A DNA stretch of 64,000 bases, from contig JAZQGX010000235.1 of assembly GCA_045540275.1 (NCBI GenBank), positions 7,610 through 71,609 on the forward strand, given 5' to 3'. The notes beneath the pieces are model-generated. The model saw only the letters and a program-made list of their open reading frames with translations, did no database searches and was not told the origin of the DNA. Made by a program: the position numbers and the translations under genes. The DNA comes from Kiritimatiellia bacterium (lineage in GTDB: Bacteria; Verrucomicrobiota; Kiritimatiellia; RFP12; UBA1067). Positions 57,525-64,000 of this stretch are shown here, in pieces; the stretch's first letter is position 1, and each line of letters starts with the position of its first letter.

Positions 57525-58562
57525 TCACACCCCGAATTCCTCCCTCACCAGCTCCAGCTTCAGCAGCAGCTTCTTCATCCCTTCAACATCCAGCCTCTCC
57601 GTGTTATGCGAATGGTACGTATCCAGCGCCGCCGCAATCTCCTGCCCCTCCACAAAATACTTATCGTAATTCAAGTCCCTCGAATCCGCCGGAACACGGT
57701 AGTAATCCCCCATGTCAATCGCCTTCGCCATATCCTCACGCCCAACCAGCGTCTCATACAGCTTCTCGCCATGACGCGTACCAATCACCTTGATTTCAGC
57801 CTTCTCCGCCAACGCCCTGAGCTTTGTTCCTTCCTTCGCCAACTCCAGAACAGCCTTCGCCAGCGTCTCGATCGTTGCCGCCGGAGCTTTCTGTACAAAC
57901 AAATCCCCGTTCTCGCCATGCTCCCAAGCAAACAGCACCAGATCCACCGCATCCTCAAGCGTCATCATGAAACGCGTCATGTTCGGATCGGTTACTGTCA
58001 GTGGTTTCCCTGCCTTGATCTGATCGATAAAGAGCGGAATCACGCTTCCCCTACTCGCCATAACATTCCCGTAGCGAGTACAGCAGATCGTGGTCGCCGC
58101 CCCCTTGCCTAAGGCACGCCCTTTCGCAACAGCAACCTTCTCCATCAGCGCCTTGCTCATCCCCATCGCATTGATAGGATACGCAGCTTTATCGGTAGAA
58201 AGCACCACCACATTCTTAACCCCATGCGCAATCGCACTCTCAAGCACATTATCTGTGCCAACGACATTCGTCATCACCGCCTGCATCGGGAAAAACTCGC
58301 AACTCGGGACCTGCTTGAGCGCCGCAGCGGCGAAGACATAGTCTACACCGCGCATCACTCCATCAACGCTCTGCCGATCCCTAACATCACCGATGTAGAA
58401 CTTCACCTTCGGGTTCTGCAGTTCATGCCGCATGTCATCCTGTTTCTTCTCATCTCGCGAGAAAATTCTGATTTCCTTGAAATCATTTAGGAACCGGTTC
58501 AGAACGGCATGGCCGAACGATCCTGTACCGCCAGTAATTAGCAAGACTTTATCATCAAACAT
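57525..58562 (-). CDS. wbjB: UDP-GlcNAc 4,6-dehydratase/epimerase (FnlA/CapE/WbjB)
   Basis: ITGGTGSFG, SRDEKKQ, AALKQVPSCEFFP, STDKA, RYGNVMASRGSV, GTRHGEK, YHSHN. Confidence 0.95.
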   Translation of the reverse strand: MFDDKVLLITGGTGSFGHAVLNRFLNDFKEIRIFSRDEKKQDDMRHELQNPKVKFYIGDVRDRQSVDGVMRGVDYVFAAAALKQVPSCEFFPMQAVMTNVVGTDNVLESAIAHGVKNVVVLSTDKAAYPINAMGMSKALMEKVAVAKGRALGKGAATTICCTRYGNVMASRGSVIPLFIDQIKAGKPLTVTDPNMTRFMMTLEDAVDLVLFAWEHGENGDLFVQKAPAATIETLAKAVLELAKEGTKLRALAEKAEIKVIGTRHGEKLYETLVGREDMAKAIDMGDYYRVPADSRDLNYDKYFVEGQEIAAALDTYHSHNTERLDVEGMKKLLLKLELVREEFGV

Positions 58563-58580
58563 CTTGTTTCCTCTCTCTCG

Positions 58581-59516
58581 TTAATTATTTTTAGCATTGC
58601 ATTTTATGGTCCTAATCGCATCCACTAGTGATTGCACATCCGGCTTATCGATAACATGAATAAATTGTCCGTATTTCTCTTTAAGATGTCCCGTATCGGA
58701 TGCTATAACCGGCTTACCGGTCTCAATCAATTCAAAAATCTTACTTGGGAAGTGGTAGCGCATTAATGGATATGACTCATCCCTGAGACACAATAAAACA
58801 GAGGCCTTCGCATAAATAGTCTTTAATTCCGACTGGGAAACCAATCCTACATACTTAATCCGGTTATCGCACTTGATGGCAGATTTCACTTTTCCCAGCA
58901 AATCAACATTTGGAGCATTTCCCACAAGAATCAACTCGGTATCACTGTCATTGCATATCTGCATATATTCCAACATCGTATTAATGCAGTTGTATGGTTG
59001 TAGTGCTCCAGCATAAACTATGGTAAATTTATTATTTAAACGGAGATTTGAGAGATCATGTGGGGTTGACTTATTGAAAAGGAACTGTTCACGCAATCCG
59101 CTACCATCTTCCACCTCATATGGCAATCCCGGCGCAAAATCATTGGCTATTGCATCTGTTATGACGATCCGCCTCTGCACAAAACATAATTCCTTTGCCA
59201 TCTTTACCTGCCAAGAATCCGACACGTCAGATACTATTGCAGTGACAGGTATCTTAAAAAAAGAGGCAACGGAATTTATCAAATTAAGGGGGGCTCTCTT
59301 CATTAAATTATAAACTACAATCCTGTCAACCTTTCTTAAGAGAATCACAAATGGGAGAAGTAATATCGCAAAAGGGTAACGCTTTACACTTAACTTTATA
59401 AGACGTCCTTGAGAAGAAAGTTTTTTACACCAAAGCATTTGCGTTATCCAAGAAGCCACATTCGGACTTTTCTCGATGAAAGTCTTAGGAAGCGAATTGA
59501 TAAATAATATATTCAT
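58581..59516 (-). CDS. Glycosyltransferase family 4
   Basis: YAGAL, YVGLV, FPSKIFE, GKPVIAS. Confidence 0.8.
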   Translation of the reverse strand: MNILFINSLPKTFIEKSPNVASWITQMLWCKKLSSQGRLIKLSVKRYPFAILLLPFVILLRKVDRIVVYNLMKRAPLNLINSVASFFKIPVTAIVSDVSDSWQVKMAKELCFVQRRIVITDAIANDFAPGLPYEVEDGSGLREQFLFNKSTPHDLSNLRLNNKFTIVYAGALQPYNCINTMLEYMQICNDSDTELILVGNAPNVDLLGKVKSAIKCDNRIKYVGLVSQSELKTIYAKASVLLCLRDESYPLMRYHFPSKIFELIETGKPVIASDTGHLKEKYGQFIHVIDKPDVQSLVDAIRTIKCNAKNN

Positions 59517-59528
59517 GATGCAATCAAA

Positions 59529-60611
59529 TCAGGGTTTGCTAAATCCCAGGCTCCACGGAATAAAACGTCTTACAAGCTTTGAAAAACTCATACATAAATA
59601 CATTAAAAGCAAGGTGACAAAAAAATCCAAAAGCAGAACAAGTATGGTATTGCCAAGAAGAAACCGACAATATCTTCCTAATAGAACTTGGATTGCTACT
59701 AGCGGAAATTTATGGAACAACATTATTCCGATTGTCCATTGAGCAAAAATAGAAAAGCGATGAAACGCATGTATCTTTGAAATAAAAATAAATAGCATGC
59801 ATAATATCAACGCCGTCATCACCCAGCCAATCCAAAATGGGGAACTCTCTCTTGCTATCGGAAATATAGCAGAAAGAATAAAATATGCCCAAATTGGCAA
59901 TCCGACCATAACAGGCAAACTAAATCGCGGCTTCACTTCATTGAATATAAAACCCGAAAGCCAATGCCCGAAAGCAATGAATGGAACATATCTAATTATC
60001 TGCGGCAAATTAAAAGGGCAAATCAACTTGATGACAGGAGAAGACCATAGTAATACACATAATAATAAGCCTACAGCAACTATTAGCCATTCTTTGCGCT
60101 TAAATAGTCTTGCGATCCAATAGTATATTAGCTCACTACAAAACAAAACCGGCAGAAACCATAAAACGCCATTAAAGCAAAAACCCTTGCCGTCTGGCCA
60201 AGCGCCTGCATGAAGAATGGACAAAAGCGGGACGTACCACTCAGCATTAAAAGATTTTTGAGAAAAACTATCAGTTGTCGCAACAGTTAAAATTTCACCT
60301 ACAACAATCTGACCCAGCAAAACATATAGAATAGCGCTGAAAAATCCCCCAAAATAATAGGGTAACATCAAGCGAAAAAACTTTTTTTTCAAAAAAGATA
60401 AAAAATCATCTTTAGCCGTGAAAGTAATTCCGGCAATAATAAAGAAGAGTGGTACATGAAACGAATAAATAAACTTGAAAAAAACATTTGAAACTTCATG
60501 AGGAAGCGCTTTGGTCATGTTGGCAAATGTTGCCAATACATGGCCAAGCACTATTAAAAAGATTGCGAACCCTTTTAAATCATCAAGCCATTCAATACGT
60601 TTCATTGACAT
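59529..60611 (-). CDS. Acyltransferase family 3 (OafA-like)
   Basis: RIEWLDDLKGFAIFLIVLGH, FHVPLFFIIAG, RLMLPY, LWFLP. Confidence 0.9.
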   Translation of the reverse strand: MSMKRIEWLDDLKGFAIFLIVLGHVLATFANMTKALPHEVSNVFFKFIYSFHVPLFFIIAGITFTAKDDFLSFLKKKFFRLMLPYYFGGFFSAILYVLLGQIVVGEILTVATTDSFSQKSFNAEWYVPLLSILHAGAWPDGKGFCFNGVLWFLPVLFCSELIYYWIARLFKRKEWLIVAVGLLLCVLLWSSPVIKLICPFNLPQIIRYVPFIAFGHWLSGFIFNEVKPRFSLPVMVGLPIWAYFILSAIFPIARESSPFWIGWVMTALILCMLFIFISKIHAFHRFSIFAQWTIGIMLFHKFPLVAIQVLLGRYCRFLLGNTILVLLLDFFVTLLLMYLCMSFSKLVRRFIPWSLGFSKP

Positions 60612-60613
60612 CC

Positions 60614-61915
60614 CTAAAATTGAAAATAAATAAACGGGCTAGCATTTCCAGAAGGATAAATCAATGCTAATAAAAACAAAGTAATTGAAATTGTTATCAG
60701 CCAAAAACCATTCTGCTTGATTCTATCATGAAACACGTGACCTAAAATAGTTATTAGCACAGCACAATACACATGAGGATGATACCATTCAATACCCGCA
60801 GAGAGACCTAACATCCGCACAAAAAAAACATATGCCTGACTGAAATCTTCTGCCCGGAAAAGAATCCACCCGGCCAAAACGGTTGACATTGTCAAAAACC
60901 ATGCTAGCGGTTTCCACATTTTATGTGATTTCGACCAAAACTTGTGTACACACAATGCCCCTCCATGTAAACCGCCCCATGCTATAAATGACAAATCCGC
61001 TCCATGCCAAGCACCGCCAATCAACATCGTAATCATCTGATTCAGATACTGGCGAACAGCCCCTTTGCGGTTGCCACCCAGCGGAATATAAATATAGTCC
61101 CTGAGCCAGGTTGAGAGTGAAATATGCCAACGTCGCCAAAATTCCGTAACGTTGGTCGAAAGGTACGGATGCTCAAAATTCTTCTTGTATTCAAACCCAA
61201 TCCCACGTGCTACACCAATTGCCATATCAGAATAGCCCGAGAAATCGCAGTAAATCTGAACCATGTATGCAATTGCTGCCAACCATAACGTGTATCCATC
61301 AAATAGATTGCAACTGTCAAAAACTCTTCCGACGTAAACAGACAACCTGTCAGCGATAAATACTTTTTTAAACATCCCAAATGAAAACTGTATAAACGCA
61401 TATTTCAAATTTAATAACAAATCGGTCCTGCAGAATTTTGAACTGATAATTCTATCTAATTCCGGGAAAAAATCGCCAGCTCGGACGATTGGTCCTGATA
61501 GAAGCTGTGGGAAGAAAGAAATATACAAAGCCACATCCAACAGGGAACGCTGATTATTCTGTTTACCCTTGTAACAATCTACAGTATATGATATTGCCTG
61601 GAATGTATAAAAACTTATTCCTACCGGCATGACAATAGAATTTATCCAAAGTCCAAGATATTTGAATACCGCTAAAATCAATACACTGCCACCAACTGCG
61701 CAGAACATTGACCACCGCTTGTTTATTCGTGATGCCCACCAATGAATTATACAAGTAAATGCCAGTAGCATGGAAAATCGCCAATCCCACATGGCATAGA
61801 ACCAGTAACTGGCCAAAAGCAGTCCAACCTTTCGCATGCTCGCAAAAGGAAGTCGCATTAAGCCAAATGTGACAATTATGAAAAAAAGAAAAAACGCGAA
61901 TGAATTAAAGAGCAT
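60614..61915 (-). CDS. MBOAT O-acyltransferase (AlgI/DltB/PatA-like)
   Basis: MLFNS, PVGISFYTFQ, FFPQLLSGPI, YCDFSGYSDMA, FWRRWHISLS, WHGA, FIYFQF. Confidence 0.94.
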   Translation of the reverse strand: MLFNSFAFFLFFIIVTFGLMRLPFASMRKVGLLLASYWFYAMWDWRFSMLLAFTCIIHWWASRINKRWSMFCAVGGSVLILAVFKYLGLWINSIVMPVGISFYTFQAISYTVDCYKGKQNNQRSLLDVALYISFFPQLLSGPIVRAGDFFPELDRIISSKFCRTDLLLNLKYAFIQFSFGMFKKVFIADRLSVYVGRVFDSCNLFDGYTLWLAAIAYMVQIYCDFSGYSDMAIGVARGIGFEYKKNFEHPYLSTNVTEFWRRWHISLSTWLRDYIYIPLGGNRKGAVRQYLNQMITMLIGGAWHGADLSFIAWGGLHGGALCVHKFWSKSHKMWKPLAWFLTMSTVLAGWILFRAEDFSQAYVFFVRMLGLSAGIEWYHPHVYCAVLITILGHVFHDRIKQNGFWLITISITLFLLALIYPSGNASPFIYFQF

Positions 61916-62921
61916 AAGTTTCTTTCAAATAGTTAGCAATGTGATTAAAGACAGTGTCAATTCCAACTTGATTCAAATGCCCAAAACATGGACCGCCCAA
62001 ATTGGGGAACCCGCGGGCAACAGTTGATTTGCGATCAAATAAATCCAAAAGAACATCAGTCAAATCAATGAAACCAAAGCCACGAGCTTCAGCACCATTT
62101 TTTAAACTCTTGGCATTATCTGATTCGTAATTATCGCGGCAAACCACCCCCTTCTTTATTCGAGGAATATCGGGACAATATACGATAATCACCGGGGAGT
62201 GTAACTGTGTTTTCATTGAGTTTAAAATATAGTTCAGCTCATCTTCTAGTTTCTGGGATTCCCTATGATTTGGCCTGACCGGTTGGAAAATGCGGCCGTA
62301 CTTACCATTGAGTGCGTACAATTTTTTAACGACATCAGTCACAAAATTCAAATGGAACAAATTAACGATTCGTGAACAAAGCAGCTTCCTTTGTGAAATC
62401 GGGACGACTCGCTTGCAGAACCCACCATCTTTTTTTTCGACTTCATCACCACCATCTTCAAAAACATCGTTGCTAATCCCACTGGCACAGAAAAAAATGT
62501 GTGCTTTAGGATAACCAAGCGCTTTTTCGTATTCGATAGCTCTTCCTATCATAGAGGGGAATCCGTAACCAGATCTGCCTACCCCATAAGCAACAGCACT
62601 ATTAGACAACGATCTGGTTAAAACCGCATCAGGCTTATTTTCGTCTGACACCTGCAGGGCTTCGACGAAAGAATCTCCATGTAAAAGAAAAAATGGTTTA
62701 TTCCTATATTCTATTTTATCCTGATATGAATTTAATCCGAGAGTTCCATAACGAGAAACTCCGCACCCCTCTGTAAACCTAGTAACAACACTTCCCTTTG
62801 CTGGTAGCTGCAAACCTGTCTGTGGGTCGTTTACTCGAAAAGTAGGGTGCGAACCTAAAAAGATTGACACGCCCCAGACAATGAGCAATGAAAATGACAA
62901 TGAGCAGAAAACACTTTTCAT
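61905..62921 (-). CDS. SGNH-hydrolase-like partner (AlgJ/PatB-like)
   Basis: N-terminal anchor; GDSF block I, G block II, ND block III, GHLN block V; adjacent to MBOAT. Confidence 0.7.
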   Translation of the reverse strand: MKSVFCSLSFSLLIVWGVSIFLGSHPTFRVNDPQTGLQLPAKGSVVTRFTEGCGVSRYGTLGLNSYQDKIEYRNKPFFLLHGDSFVEALQVSDENKPDAVLTRSLSNSAVAYGVGRSGYGFPSMIGRAIEYEKALGYPKAHIFFCASGISNDVFEDGGDEVEKKDGGFCKRVVPISQRKLLCSRIVNLFHLNFVTDVVKKLYALNGKYGRIFQPVRPNHRESQKLEDELNYILNSMKTQLHSPVIIVYCPDIPRIKKGVVCRDNYESDNAKSLKNGAEARGFGFIDLTDVLLDLFDRKSTVARGFPNLGGPCFGHLNQVGIDTVFNHIANYLKETYAL

Positions 62922-63979
62922 TCCGACTCCTTTACTAATCGCATATATTGATCTATCACTTTGTCAACGGAAAAATTCTCTCGAATAATCTCACGAGCTC
63001 GCAAGCCGAATAATTGACATTTTCTATAATCCGAGGCCAATTCAACAATCGCATTAGCAAGCGATTTCACATCTTTAACAGGAGCAAGATATCCAGACAA
63101 ACCATTCTCGACCATTCGATAATTATCTCCGACATCAGTTGCCACAACTGGAAGCGATGCATTCATCGCCTCAAGGATAGAATTGCTGACACCTTCCGAT
63201 ATGGATGTTGATAGATAAATATCACATTCAAATAACAGCTTCTTAACATCATAATCTCCTGGATAAATATTCACAACATTAGAAAGTTTTAACTCATCAA
63301 TCCAACTGCGCACATTCCCTTCCTCATCCCCCCATCCAACTATATGAGACTTGACATTGACCCCTTCGTCAACAACCGTTCTGATCGTCAATAGCCATGT
63401 ACGATAGTCCTTCTCTGGAGTAAAACGACCAACAGTCACAACATTGATACTTCGTGAACCATTTTCGTTGAAATTTCGCTGCCTCCAAAGATCTATCGCA
63501 TTTGAAATTACAATTGACTTTTGCGTCAAAAAACCCAATCCAGAAAAATACTCCATCCCGCGATAAGAATTAAACACCGTCTTAGTGACGAAGAAACGAT
63601 TGATTATTTTTTCTGCTATCAATTTACTTCGTGGAAGCCATCCGCAACGAATGCCTGCATAAATTCTTCTAATACCCGCTATCCGCCCAATCAATGCCCC
63701 ATAGAAATTTGGGCGGGATAAAAAAGTAAAAAGAACAGCATCCTTGTTCCTTTTAAAAAGTTTCCACAATACTATACACGCCTTTACTTTATTTCTTGGT
63801 AGAGAAATTAGAGGAACAGATCCAACAATTTCCTTATTTGAAGCCTTTATCTTGTCTCCATAATCAAGTATAATCGACGTATCAATACCATATTTACGGC
63901 GAAGTCCTACCGCAACGATTGAACACTGCTTCTCTGCGCCACCGGCGGCAAGTGTTGGAATGTAAAAAAAGACCTTCAT
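62918..63979 (-). CDS. Glycosyltransferase family 4
   Basis: GGAEKQ, VGRFTPEKD, SEGVSNSILEAM, ATDVG. Confidence 0.92.
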   Translation of the reverse strand: MKVFFYIPTLAAGGAEKQCSIVAVGLRRKYGIDTSIILDYGDKIKASNKEIVGSVPLISLPRNKVKACIVLWKLFKRNKDAVLFTFLSRPNFYGALIGRIAGIRRIYAGIRCGWLPRSKLIAEKIINRFFVTKTVFNSYRGMEYFSGLGFLTQKSIVISNAIDLWRQRNFNENGSRSINVVTVGRFTPEKDYRTWLLTIRTVVDEGVNVKSHIVGWGDEEGNVRSWIDELKLSNVVNIYPGDYDVKKLLFECDIYLSTSISEGVSNSILEAMNASLPVVATDVGDNYRMVENGLSGYLAPVKDVKSLANAIVELASDYRKCQLFGLRAREIIRENFSVDKVIDQYMRLVKESE

Positions 63980-64000
63980 TTTTTTAACCTTAAGCCTTCA

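Overview
Bacterial chromosomal window, probably from a PVC-superphylum organism such as Kiritimatiellota (inferred from protein types, not verified). From 1 to about 48 kb it is mostly housekeeping and carbohydrate genes on the minus strand: GH27, a CE7/beta-helix fusion, mtaB, cysS, uvrD/pcrA, pheT, an S8 protease, an ABC exporter, nfo, prmC, purC, ispF, a ROK protein, purL and a sirtuin. From 49.4 to 64 kb lies a mosaic surface-polysaccharide locus with GT4s, the wbjB/wbjD/wbjC L-FucNAc pathway, and MBOAT/SGNH and OafA acyltransferases. Three things stand out. (1) A self-contained three-gene operon at 32.6-36.5 kb looks like an unusual MotA/ExbB/ZorA-type ion-driven motor whose B subunit appears split between a single-TM protein and a secreted protein ending in an ExbD-like domain. 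(2) A RAYT-type Y1 HUH transposase is flanked by a 14-bp REP-like motif (TAGGGTCTGTCCCC) that occurs about 10 times in the window, several copies in frame inside proteins. (3) A system of 7-, 8- and 9-mer tandem arrays forms long palindromes throughout the polysaccharide locus; they sit at gene junctions, insert in frame into enzymes, and bracket a self-promotered ATPase/nuclease cassette. No rRNA, tRNA or CRISPR array was recognised. All family calls come from motifs read by eye; no database searches were run.
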